The notes below the pieces were generated by a model that searched no databases, had not been told where the DNA came from, and was given only the letters and a program-made list of their open reading frames with translations. Made by a program: the position numbers and the translations under genes. Shown here piece after piece: positions 14,527-27,830 of a DNA stretch of 64,000 nucleotides. Numbering within the stretch: position 1 is the stretch's first letter; each line of letters begins with the position of its first letter. The DNA comes from Podarcis liolepis (Eukaryota), in assembly GCA_965112155.1 (NCBI GenBank), contig OZ218103.1. The stretch is one strand, 5' to 3'.

Positions 14527-16787
14527 AAGTAGCAAGAGAGTAAGATATCACAAGCCTAGAACAAGCTGCTTTTGCTGCCAATCCTGCCAATGGCAGTGCA
14601 TGACAGGCGGTGGCTGTGCAAGCTCAGGCTCAATGACTTGGGTCTGCACTAAGAGACAGCCAATTATTGATTAATTCAAAGAATTCAAGTATTTAAAAAA
14701 TGCATTGGCCATGATCTGTATGCATGCCTTAGGACTTGGGCATGACCAATAGTTAGTTAGTTAGAATTATTGTACCCTCGTTTCAAACTGTTTTTTGAAA
14801 CATACTTGAGTTTAAAAAGCAGCTAATTGTGTAGTATGGGATTGGACCAGTGGCAGCTGTTCAGTGAGAAAAATCCCACAAATAGTCTATTCCAACACAT
14901 CGTTTCTCAGCAGATTTTGATTCGCATATTTATATTATGAGAAGGCAGACACAGCCATGAGGCCTAAGAAATGCAGGAAGGTTAAGAGTCAGTAGTGTAA
15001 ATTTAATTCAAAACAGGATCAGTGCGGGTTGAAAAGCAGATTACTTCTGTGAAACGTATCATTGCTAATATAGGAAAAATCTAGGGCTTCAGGCTAACTT
15101 GGTAACATACATTATATGATTTTGCTTCTATCTGACAGGTTTTTTGTTAATATGCTGGGGTCTTACAAAAGAAGACAGGGAAATTTCTAATCTTGAGGTC
15201 AAAACATATGGGACAATGAAAATGCACAAGCCACTTAGTAAACTTTTTATTAAATTTCTGTAAGCAGCAGTATTTCTCCACCACCAAAGCTGCTGGTTTC
15301 CCCTTTGTGAAACACACCCATGCTTATCTTATCAGGGCAAATGGCTTAAGGGAGAAAACAATTTTATTCAGTGAAAATTGTGTAGTTTTTCCCTGATTTT
15401 GGATATAAAGGAATGGATTGTACACAAATTAATCGAGATCTCCCTATAGAAACCATGCGCTCTATCTCTGGTAGAAGGCAAATAGTCTTAGGTTATTACT
15501 CTCTACACAGACTCTGCACATTTAATTTAGACAAGATGGGGCAGGCATTTATGCTATTGTATCCAGTGTTTCTATGGCTCTAAATTCGACTGCTGAATGT
15601 AAGAAAGGGGGGAAGACCATGAACAAGTGAGCCTGGTAACGATCACTGCAGGCTAATCAGACTTGACAGTAAATTGCATTTAGTCAAATTAATGTCAGAA
15701 CTTCAAATTATTTGCAAACATCCCGTACTTTAATGCCCTCAATTTTTACCTCATTCCTCCAATTAAAAAATGAAGCCAGAGGAGCCTAGGGCACTACATG
15801 AGGAGAACAGATTTGCTTCTGACAAAGTCTCATTGAATCATTGTTGCACGCCACACTTTTATGGGAAGTTCAGTAGCAGAAAGGGGAAGAGGCAAAAAGT
15901 AAAGAAACAAAAATGTAATGGCTTAATGTACCTAAAGAAAGATGTAAAGGGATGGACCTGTGTTGGGATGTGGTACATATTACCCCTCCCATCACGAACT
16001 CAGAACTGTTTCTAGTATGCCGATTTTGGTAAACTCAAATAGCAGCTGTTACCTGTTCCTAATAACCAAAAACAGTGGCAGACATTCATTCTCTACCCAT
16101 TTTTTCACTTGGCTTTAAGGAGTGCATTGCTGTACAAAAAGCCTCCACCATGCACACTGAACTAGATCCTAATTTAAGTTTATAATTTCAGCTATTACCA
16201 CTATTAACTACCTTTACACCCTGTCTTTCCCCCAAGAAGCTAAAGGTAGCACACATTGTTACCCTCTAATTTTCTTCTCAAAACACCCAGTTTAAAGTCC
16301 AATTCTCTAATCACCATACTACAGCTAGATTGCATAATAAGGACAATGCTATAGTTTTTTGGGGGGTGGGGCAGGAGGGATAACCTCTGGGTGAAAAGCA
16401 AGGAAAATACAATCTTCATGTTTACTACAGTTTTGACCAATGGGCGCCTAGCCACCGAGGCACAAATAAGTCACAGTATGGCTTATTATGTCGTGTGAAC
16501 CCAGACCATAAATTGTTTGTTTCAAACAAGCCATGAGCAGTAAGCCAGAAACAAACCAAGAACAAACCTACTATATATAGAACATATGCAGATGACTGAA
16601 TATAAACAAAGCAAGGGGATTTATATTTTAACTACACCGTGGCTGTTTCATCCAGAGCTTTTATACATGGGCCACCCATAAACTTGCCTTGTCAAGTTCC
16701 AATAGCAGTACCAATCCCAGCAGGTGTTACTGTGGGATTAGAATTTTGACTGCATAAAGGCTGGTGTGACATTGTCCAATGTGGTGC

Positions 16788-16789
<2 letters not shown>

Positions 16790-16830
<41 letters not shown>
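16790..16830. repeat. (TG)20 microsatellite
   Basis: Perfect dinucleotide run. Confidence 0.97.
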
Positions 16831-16832
<2 letters not shown>

Positions 16833-17444
16833 AAAAACCTGAGTTGTCTTCTTTGCACATTTCATAATATTTTATTTTTATTTTTAAAAAACTATTATCA
16901 GTATAATCACTAAACTGTATACCAGTATACAATTTGTAAAGAGGCTGCCTCAGGTTGTCCATTAAATCAGTGATCAGAGATAGTGACATGTTACTGAATA
17001 AATGCAGCCCCATCTTGTAACCTCCTGTTATCCAACAACTGCATGTAGCATTGCTTAGCAGCTAACAGCACTAAGCTAGAGAATGAAAGAATCTGAATTC
17101 CATTACTGTCTCTACCCAAACAAAATATGCCATTTCAGGAGTAGTGACTTTTCACAGAAAAATGTAGGCAGACTCCAGTTCTAATGCTCTGCAGCTATTC
17201 TCTTCCAAGCTGCATGCCACTTGTTCAAAAATGAATTATCTAGGGTGAAATGCATAGAAAAGTATACAAAATGTATATATTATGAAGGTAAAGCTTACAT
17301 AGGGAAAATGCATACAGAAATTCATTGAATTTAAATGCAAAATTCTGATGAAGTCTTTTTTTTATTTAAAAAAAAACCAGCAGAAAAGGGATGAAACAAA
17401 CTTAAGATTGAAAACTGACACATAACAGAAATAGGCACACCTTG

Positions 17445-17635
17445 AATCAAGCCTGGAAGGGAACATACAACCAGGGCAGATCAAGCAGTATTGGAGTAAT
17501 ATGCTCTGACCCACCTGTTCCAATAAATAACCTGGAGGTGGTGTTTTGTACCAGCTGAAGGTTCTGGACACATTTCAAGGGCAGCCCCATGAGCATGTTA
17601 CAGTAGTCAAGGCTGAAGGTGACCAGAACACACCT
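17445..17635 (-). mobile_element. L2 LINE ORF2 fragment
   Basis: Translation LVTFSLDYCNMLMGLPLKCVQNLQLVQNTTSRL..GSEHITPILLDLPWL matches the L2 ORF2 C-terminal SRLDYCN..GLP..LQLVQNAAAR..HITPVL..LHWLP motif. Confidence 0.85.
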
Positions 17636-20600
17636 GATTGTGGTGAATTTTAAGTGAATTGCTCTTTTGAAGTGGATCACAGAGAGAGAAATGCAAGCTG
17701 TTAATTATTTTGGGGTGTCATAGCAATTCCCATATATAGTGATTATTTTGTTGCATGCAGTCATGATACTTATTTGGTAATCTTTCTATTTACCACCAAC
17801 TTCTATTTACCACCAACTTGGTCCTTGTCTGGACATGAAAAGTGGCAGATTGGAAGGGCAGCAGACAGTACTTATCCATATCTTTATCTAAAACAGAAGT
17901 GTTCAAAGTAAGTTTCTACAGAAACCAGAAGGTTGCACTGTCATGTTTCATTCAGTCTAGTGTAGATCCCAGGTGTCAGCAGCCAGGGCTAGTGCCTACA
18001 TGCTATTTGGTTTCTAAGGAAGGATATTGTGATGGCTGAGACAGAAATGGCAACTTCCAGGTCCTCTTTTTGAAAAAGAGTTTGCAAAGGTACAAAAGTA
18101 ACAGGAGGACAGAGGAAGCCTACTGTTTCACCTTTCCATCTCATCCCCAGAGTCTACACACACCAGGCATGATTGTGAGTCCCCACTTGTCTATCATACG
18201 CCCAACATCCTAACTAAAAATGAAATATTATTTACATGTGGTAGCTATAGCTTTCACAACATGACATCTTTTCTCAACCACCATATCAGCACTTATTTTG
18301 GAAACTGTTTCCCCCACAGCAGATGCATAACTCTTAATTTGAGTATATTCACGAGGAAGCCAATAAAGTAGGAACTTTAAACAGAACAAAAACAGCATTT
18401 GTCCAGCTCTGGCAAAATGCATTTCACACTAATATTACTTTCAATGCCTGAGATATTTGATCCTGTCTGAGGAAAGATATTTCTGATGCTGCTTTTTTTT
18501 TTAAAGAAAAACACAACTGGACAGCATCAGGAAGGTGTGCGCGCGTGTGCTTCACCTAATTTACCTCCTTCCATAAAGCAGGACATATATTTCAAGCACT
18601 TGTCCAGCTTTTCTTTGAAAACAGAAGATTATACATCCTCTTCAGACATCTTGCCCCATTGTTGAGCTATTGATATAGTTCTAAGCAGCAAGAAAAATTG
18701 TGCAGTATCTTGGATAGTTCAACCCAGAATCTCACATAATTTAGCCTACGTTCTATTTTTAAAAATCCCAACTTAATTTTTATTATTGCTAAAGCAATTA
18801 GCCTAATAGTCTATCTGGCAAAGTGCAACCCATTACCTAACATGCGTTGCTAGCCTCTGTGACAGTGAGATTTAATGCAACCCTTTTGATCTGTGCCAAT
18901 CCTTAAGAACCATATAAGCTCGCAAACGCATTATTCAGTTTAACAAAAATCTGAAAAATCTGTGTTGGCAAAATATGAAATGAAGCAACAGATTTTTCTA
19001 GAGAATTCTGTCCCAACTGGCTTATGCTGTCTGAACCCTTTGTGAAATCTAATAAGTAGTTTTGGACTATGAACTATGTAGTTAACATGCATATGCTTAG
19101 ATTCTGGACTAGGAAGAAGAAACTGACTTTCAAAAGTGAACTCCTTTTGTTGCAGCTTTATTCAGTTATGAAAACCAAAAGCCAGATGTGAAAACTACTA
19201 ACACTGATGAGGAAAATAAGGGGAGTAGCATTTATGATCCTTTACTTTCTTATTTGGCTAAAACTTAAATCTGTTAAGCATGTATATATTGTAACAGATA
19301 ATGGAAGAATTATGAACTAAGCTGTTACTGAAAAAGGTACCCTTAAAGGCATCACTATGAAAGAAAAAATGGATTCCACCAACCACTTTAAAATAGGTGC
19401 AGAAGCAATGTTAGGCTTTCTTGTGAACATCAAACTGCTCTGGGGTGTAGAGAACAGAGTTGCAGTGATTCAATCCCTAAAATGTGTTCTTTAAAGTAAA
19501 AAAATATTATAAATGAAAATCAGAATTGGAATGATGCCCTTTATATACATATATAGGTTGAACTAGCCATCCATGGAACTCAACTAAAACTCTATAGAGA
19601 AACATCTTCTATTGCTTCCAAGAAACGTAGAAACTTGCACAGGGATCATACCATAAAATTTTAATCTTACAGTCCTTGAGGAAGAGATCACTTTAAATGA
19701 AGTGCAGCATGCAAACATGCTACTCTTGCTACACAAAGAAGCAGTTGTAATCCTTACACTTCTTCTACCAAAACCAAAAGGAGAATATTTGTAACTCAAA
19801 ATATCCCAACGAAAGAATGTAACCAACATCCATTTTTCTGTCACACAGCCCTTTATTTGGGGGTTATATACCATGTACTATATGGGAGCTGTCCAGGGTA
19901 TTGAAAGTAATTATGGGTATGGAAAGGGCTTAGGGAAGATTCTCATGTCACTGTTCTATTTTCTGAAATTGATTATTCTGTAATAAAGAGCACTGCAGCA
20001 AGACAAATGGTCACACAAGTACATGGTTCCTAATGTGCGCAAAAGTTACACCTGACACCCCATTCTTATTCAGCTATGTAACCTCATGAACAACTATGCA
20101 AGAATCTGCCTTTAAGTCAGATAAGCTGCATCAAGTATTTGGGTTCAAAACTTCCCACTTCAGAAAGATCCTTAAAAAGGAAATGCAGAATAGCCCAAAG
20201 CTTGGAGCACTTCTTACAGAACTAATATGGTAATACAATATGTTACTTTCTTCTGTAGCCAGGAGTTTAAAAGTAGCATGTTAACTGCCAAAAATTAATA
20301 AACCATACACTTAGCAGTGCTTTGTTTATTAAAATATTTAACATGTATTTATGTCTGCCAACATTCATTAAGACACGAATATATCGCTACATTATTATTT
20401 CAGAAGAGGTATCTAAAATATGCTGGTGAAAGTTATCTAATCATTTGCACTGGATGGGACTAAGATAGTAAATTGGTTCTCTTTCTTTTGAAACTACTGG
20501 ATATGGGCATTGTGACAGTCACTGTTTATAAGAAAAATGCCTGGCAAATGTATCCATGTTCCTTTTATTTAATTTTCCTGCTTTGTAAAATATAAAGTAT

Positions 20601-22307
20601 ACTTTCCTAAAAATTCAAGGTGGCAGCAATAATGGAGTCCCAATAAAGACAGGTGTGGTCTTAAGTCTGAAATAGAGGAACTTTAAATTTTAAATGCATG
20701 TAGGGGCTTAGAAGGAGCAATTATAAATAAGTTGTCCCCTACATACTTTCCCCCTGACAGTATGAATGATACTAACAGTTTGTATAGGTGTTATTAAATC
20801 CAGTCATCCACCACTTACAGAATAGTCATTAACTGTAAACAGTTAATATTTTGTTAATCTTCCTAAATCTAACTCTTAGTGAAGGCTACACCTTTAAGTG
20901 AACAAATAAACACTACTCTGATTATTTAAGAAAAGCACTACCTGAAGTGGTTAACCCTAACAAGATTTTGTGAAAGCCTAGTCCACTTTGATAGCTAAAA
21001 GATTTGAGTTGTCTCCATTTCAAAAGAAAATTTACTTGTTTTGCATGGCTAGTGTTTTAACATGTTCAGGAAGGGATATCTGACCAGTTTTCAAACTCTG
21101 GACCTGCAGGTAATTCTGAAATTAGATACTGACCTTTCCTGAAAAATCAGCAAAGTGAACAGAGAGACATTCCTATGCTCAAGCTTTTTTAAGCAATTCA
21201 AAATCCTTTGCATCTGCCTTTAGGAAGGTGGAGACTGACAAAAATGTCTACTGTGATTAAGGATTTGCAAATGTGTGGTTTACATTTTCTGTGAAAATGG
21301 ACCAAAGGGTGATAACCCATCATTTTAGGATACTAAACCTTTGCTTCTTTCATAAAACGACTTCTTAAAGGAAGTTGGCATGTTAATAATTCAAACTCAG
21401 CAAGGATCCCCTCGGTAAGGATCTATTCCTTCCTAGTGCTGATGAATGATTGAGCCTAATTTAGCTAAGTGCTGACAGGGCCAACTAATGTTCAGCAACA
21501 ATGATTGCATAAACAATGTTGTGCTTTAAGCAGCTAAGTGATATGAATACCAAGGCAAGGATACTACACCTATTATGTAATTTAACCAGAATAGCCAAAG
21601 CTTATTCTGTTTTGAACTGTCCTGTCCATAGATATCAGGAAGTATTGGGAACGGATTCTTAAACAAAATCAAAATAGTTGAGATCCATCCTGCATATGTG
21701 AAATGGGTTAGAGAGGAAAGCACAGGAGTTTGCTTCTGCAATACTTAGTAGAGAATGCATCTTTACCAGCTGAAGCAGCAGCATTTAAACAAGCCCCCAA
21801 ATATACATGCATATGCAATCATTCCAGCAACATAATCTCTAGCCTGCAGGTTGCTGAAAATGTTCAAGGAGTTAACAACTGCAGAAAGAATTCAAACATT
21901 TTTCTGTCGTTCATTTCTATCTGAAGCTGGTAGCTAAACTCTCAAAGTAAGACTAATCTACTACCCAGGTATCAACACAGCTTGAGTTTAACCGTTCATC
22001 TAGAAAAGCTTTCTTGATGTTCTTTCTATGAGTTTGGGATTTTTATGAATACATAGGAGAACCCCCCCCCAAAAAATGAATTTTTTGTGTGTTATGTCCG
22101 TACTCATCCAGACAATCAAAAGAATTCAGCCTTGCCTTTGATGTGTTTAATTTGATCTGACAGTGCTGCATAAACTGTTTTATCTGAGAACCAAATAATG
22201 CAAATATATATCTGTATTGTACAAAACAAGTTTCAATTTGCTTTCCGAAAGGTAAGCTCTGCAAGTCCCAATAAAACCTTGTAACTTTTTCCAACAAAGC
22301 TACTTAC

Positions 22308-22414
22308 CAGGAAGCGAACATCATCAAAGCCATTGAGAAGCAGTTTGCTCTCATACTGCTGTAAGCCGATGGACTCCAGCCACTCCCCAACACTCTGCTC
22401 CAGCATCCGTGAAC
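22308..22414 (-). CDS. ANKS1A: ANKS1A exon, 107 nt, first half of SAM1 ([36 protein letters not shown])
   Basis: CTCTCTCGTCAG| acceptor, CTG|GTAAGT donor; phase 1 to 0; SAM consensus [11 protein letters not shown]. Confidence 0.96.
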
Positions 22415-22511
22415 CTGACGAGAGAGGAATCGGCAGACGCTTGAAAAAGGAAAACCCATTAAGGCGGTAGCAGCGGCACTCTGAGGAAGACAGGTGGCAT
22501 TGCCACATCAT
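22415..22511 (-). CDS. ANKS1A: Alternative N-terminus of a short SAM-SAM-PTB isoform ([32 protein letters not shown]), contiguous with the SAM1 exon
   Basis: ATG ATG at 22511-22506 is in frame with the SAM1 exon with no stop (ORF 22233..22619). It resembles the recalled ANKS1B short-isoform start [33 protein letters not shown]. Confidence 0.78.
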
Positions 22512-25500
22512 AGTCATTACCATAAAGAAGCCAAACCAAGGCCAGAGTACAACAATTAGCTGACAGACAGTTCCTCTTCTGTACACAAACCATGAACAAT
22601 AAGCTTCTGTCCTGTTCAAACTAGAGTGTTAATCGGTCTCCTGGTTATACTCAAACAAACTCTGAATCCAAGCTGTTTAGAACCATTCCTGGGGCCAAGG
22701 CATCACATGCACTGATTTTCTGGCTCAAGTGTGCTCCTTGCCAGGCAAAAGCATCCCAAACCTCACAAGCCTCCTGGGTCAGCTCCTTGTTTCATCTGAG
22801 GGGGCTGAAAACTTTCCAAGGCATCATTCCAAGCCAAGGCTACAGGCACGAGAGACAAGAGAGGGCCAGCTCACAAATAAACACAGCCCAGCAGATGCTT
22901 GCATCCATGCAACTTCAGATGCATTACCTTGTACAACAGGCCAGTAAGGAAGACTGTTAGCACTGGAGGTGCAAAGCAGTTAGAGAGAAAATACATCTTC
23001 ATGCAGCTGAGAGAGACAAACAGACACGATGGGTGTTCAGAAAAGCAGCAGCAGCCAGATTAGTGAACAGCTGTCCAAAGGAAGACATGCAAGACAAATA
23101 AAAACAAAAACAAAAAACACAAACTGCAGTAGAAGAATAAAGATTTATACTTTTTTTCCCCCAACAGTCCCGGAACAGGCAAACCATGGTACGGGCTTTT
23201 CTTTGTTATTTTATTATAAGGAGTGGAAGCATGAGGGACAACAAGCCTGAGCTTGGAAGTCCTGCCACTGTCATTTTATCACCTATCCAGATGCATGACA
23301 TCCTGACAGCCGGTATTGACTGATCTGGGCTGGGAACCAGCGTCAACATCTAGACTGGAACAAATAAGTATACCGGAGCATCCAGTCTGAGCAAAAAGAT
23401 AAATGGTCAGCTCATTTTCCACCCAACATGCCTGCTCCTGCCAGTTCTTTGTTGACTTGTATTTGCCCCTCCTTCATTTTCTTCCACTAAAGGCAAGTAC
23501 TACCTTCAAATTCCTTACTGAGATAACGAACAGCTTTCAGAACAAAGCATCTTAGCTCGTTGGTTTAAGGGGGTGAGGAAAGCCAAGCAAAATGAACACG
23601 CCCCCTCCCCTTTTCTCCGCAGCAGATAGGGTTAGATATGTCCTGGCACCTCCTTTCAGCCGGTTAGTCAGAAATAAATTCTTCCAAGAGCCCTGTAGAA
23701 GCTATATGGAACGCCTCTTCTTCCCTCCACACATCAGAGGAGAGTCTAGGAACTTGTTACTTTCCCTGTGCAGAACTGGTGATATTTGATGAAGCAAGGA
23801 AAGTTCAGAGCCCACGTCTTTGCAGTCCTCAGAGGAATTGCTATGCAAGTCACGCAGAATTTTCTCAGTCTTCCTAGCATGTCCGTCACTGAAGGGCATT
23901 TGCAAAATATTGATGAAGACACCGGGGTTGCAGTCTTTGAACCCTGTGGTTATCAGAAGTTCTGAACATCCTAAACTAGCCTCCACCCCTTTCTTTCCAG
24001 ACTGCCTACACAATGCAGTGCTGGCTATTATCTGAACAATCGAGGGGTTAGAGATCCTGTTACGCTGGCCTTCAGAAAAGATCCTCTGTTAAGCAAGTCA
24101 GTGTTAATGAGTGCTCGGGAGCTGGCCAGCCTTCTTAATGCATACTGCAGCACAAGGGATGCAGCACTCACAAAAGATTTCCTCCTCCCTTCTCTGACAA
24201 AGCCTGGGCAAAGGGACAGCATCTATATCCCCAAATTCCAAGCAGCAGGCTCTTGCTGGCCAGAGATTCTTTCCTTATCCAGGGCTGATTCCTTTCTACT
24301 CCATAAGCAGGCAAAAGGACTCTGGTATTTTCCCAGGCAAGCATGTGTCCCTTTCAGAGAGCTGCAGCAGACTGCTTTGTCTAAAGGCAGCAAGCTCCAC
24401 ACTTGCAACGTCTCTCGCTCTCTCACTGGCTGTTCCCTCCCCTCCTCTCATGCTCACACCCCTCCCAGCAGAAGCAGTGATCAGGTTTCAGAACAGAAGC
24501 TGGCAAGGGAGGGAGAAATAAGACGGCAGCTTTGCAATATTCAAATTGCAATTTCAAAAATTTGTTTGATTACCCTGAGCCATGTGGTGTGGTTTTTCAG
24601 CATAAAACGGATAGAGTATGTGGGGATTAATTTATCAGACGTGAGCTGAGATTTTCAGATACTGAAAGGTAAGCATGACTGAAGGGAGTCAGACCAATTG
24701 GAAACAAACATATTACACCAGCTTTCTATATGCCTGCATGTAGCACTTGCTTCGTCTTGGATTATTAAAGATGCTTTGCCTCCACAGATCTGATCTGATA
24801 CTGTAGTTATTACACCAAAGGCAACTTTTGTGAAGCTACTGGGGAACAGAATTGCCATTGTGGGGGGATGAAGAAGTCAAGTTACTAAACTCTCATAATT
24901 ATTTGGCAGCAGCAGTGTACAAGGGCCCTGAAAGTTTTTAGCTTGGATGTTCGAAAACCAGAGCCAGAATATATGCAAAGGCCCTAAACAGCGTTTTCGT
25001 AGTAAGTATAATTTCCAACACCTAACTATTGGAATATAAAATCAAAATCAAAACACAACTCCATTTCAAGTTTGAGAGTCTGAAGAAATTGTTTATGTTG
25101 TGATACTGATGAAGACAGCCAACGTAGTTTCATAGTTTTCCACTTAAGTCTAAAGTGTTTTGTATTTGCATAGCATGGCAAAAGAGAATTAAGCTAGAAT
25201 TTGCCAGTTGGAACTAGTTTGCCAAATGAAATTATCCTCTCTCCTCATGCACTGTTCTGGGAGTTCTCCCACCCACCCCAAGCCAATTTTGGAGATGCTG
25301 TGTGGAAAGCCCTGTTGCCCAAGAAAAAGCCCTTGCATAGGGCTTCTGCTAAAAGAATCCTACCCTCTGTGTTTAACTAGGGACAGCTCACTCAGGCAGC
25401 ACCAAAACATTTTGGCCACCAGGAAGGCTACTACATTAGTTTAACCCTGAGCACCTTGGATTTGGTAGCAGTTTATTATAATGGGATTGCAACCCTCTGG

Positions 25501-27830
25501 CTGCAAAGCAAAATGACCTTGATAATCAAGACTCTGTACCTTCATGTTTGTACACCACTATAAGACTATGGAGAAACCACTCATTCATTTTGGGCATGTG
25601 CCTAGACATAAACAGACAGTATCTTGATACATGGTCTGCATTAGAGAATGCATTTAATGCAAACTTGAGTGCTAAATTGAAAACATATCAACTACAGCCA
25701 CCAAGAAAAAGCTACACCAGGAGCTCTCAAACTTTCCACCCCCAGGGCCTGCTTCAGATAGCTGAAAATTACTGAGGTCCACCAGTTACAAAATGGTGGG
25801 GCAGGGGCAGAGCCCATCTCAAAATGGTGGCAGATAGAGGCAGTTTGGCATAATCAGGTGGCAATTACTGACATCATTTTCTACAAATATATAATCCATC
25901 TTTGGAAATTGCTAAATTATTTGTCACAGCATTTTCATTGCGCTGAGGAGTTTCATAGCTCAGGTTTCCTCAAGCTAAGCATAGACATTTGCTCTGGAAG
26001 TATTGTGACAGTCTCCTCGTTTTAGGTAGAATTTGCTGATCCAGAGGCTCTACATGAAGAAGACTTACTCTTTTATATTTTTCCCCATCTCACCTCCACA
26101 TGCCTCTATTTTTAGTCATGTCCTGTAATTTCTTCTCCCATTCTGCTTTCACACTCAACTGGACCTTAACCCCACCCCTAACCTCAGCATGCCAGCTTCT
26201 TCCTGGTCCTCTTTCATTCATCCCTCCTATAACAGCTCTCCTCTCTTATCCCTTTCCTTTCTATTCCCATTTTATTTATTATTAATATTCATTAACAGCA
26301 GCATTTTATCTTAGTTTCTCATTTCCTTCAACACCTCCCTCTGGCTCTTTCTCCTCAGAGGGGGGAGACATTCATTCCCTCCTCCCTCACTGTATTTCTG
26401 CTTCTCAATCACATGTACTCAGCATGGGTGCTGGCACTGGTCCAACCAAAATGCATTGGCATGGCTAGGGGGTAGGGCAGGCATGTGAGGAGGCATTGGA
26501 CAGGCTGTGGCACTGAGGCCACTAGTGGATCCTAGTCAGTGGTTTGGGAAACCATTAGTCTGTACCAATCTGTACCAAAAGGAGAACATTGGTGCAAATT
26601 GCCAATCCTTAAAAAGAACAATAGGTATTAACTCACTGCACTGAATAATACTGTCAGCTTTACTACAGTGTTTAAAATAATGAACTGGATGCAAATTGCA
26701 ATGAGCTTTTGTGCAGCAGAATACAGCACATTTTAGCTATACTGTTTAACTAGCTACCAAATTCTCTCTAATGCAACAAGACTTATGTAAGCAAACTGAC
26801 GTTGCAGTGGCCACTCATTCTTCTCTGGCTTTGGGTAATAAAATGACGGATGAAATCACTGTAAAACCAGCACACTATATACAACCTCTCCATGCCAAGG
26901 GAATCCTCTCCTGCAAGAAAACTGCAGCAAAGAGAGGGTTATTTTATGGCATGAAGCCATTTTGCTCCAACACAGTAATTTTTTTCAAGTAAGAATATTA
27001 AGTGGATTAACACCAGATGGAAAGTATACAAACCTTACATTGCAAATAGAGGCCTGAGGCCAAGTTGCTGCAGAAAAAGAAATGCTTTTGTTTTCATGTG
27101 GCAGACCCCTTTTAAAGATATGTTTCTGAGGATGTGTTGCCCTTTTAATAGATTTCTTAATCAGTGGTGCTAGTGAAAATGTTCATGGACAAGGATCAGT
27201 GAGCACATTTCTATTGGGACAGAATGCTCACTCTCTGTAAAGCTTTAGAATCCCATCTTGGCAGTAGCAGTTTATATTGAACAGGGCATCCGCACATCCC
27301 AAAGGAAAGAAAGGTCTAGAGCCTCTGCCAAAGTCTCTGCAAGAAGACCCCAAGCCTTTTAAATTTAAAGGTTGGTTACTTCAGTCACTGGTACATGAAC
27401 AGAGACAAGGGACATCCATAAGAGACCCTTTCGCACATAACCCCAATGTATGGAAGGAAAAGGAAGACTGTGCCTGCTGCCCCCATTATTTGAGTGGATC
27501 CTGGCACCAACTCACATGCTGCTCAGAACATAGGCAAGGGGGCTGTGTGCATGCAGACTTTCTATATCAGCAGGAACTCACTGCACATGTATAGGCATCC
27601 CTTCCCATAATTTCATTTAGCATGACCCCCCCGCCCTCCATGCTTTGAGTATACCTGTGGACTTGTGAATAGCCCTTTGCTCACTTCTAATTTTAGAATT
27701 AAAGGAAAAGCAAACCCTAGGAATTCACGTCTTTGAAGTGAGATCGGAAATGATGAAACAAAAACTTGACGAGCGACACCGGGAAGCTCTAACTGCCAGC
27801 AGTCTAAGTGACACTGAACAATAGAATATA

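Noticed and set aside
20942-20956. 15-nt AG..GT segment (GGTTAACCACTTCAG) as a microexon
   Set aside because: In-frame TAA in phase 0 and mediocre splice sites.
24101-24649. 182-aa plus-strand ORF
   Set aside because: Antisense to ANKS1A, with no recognisable domain or exon structure; consistent with chance in a GC-elevated region.
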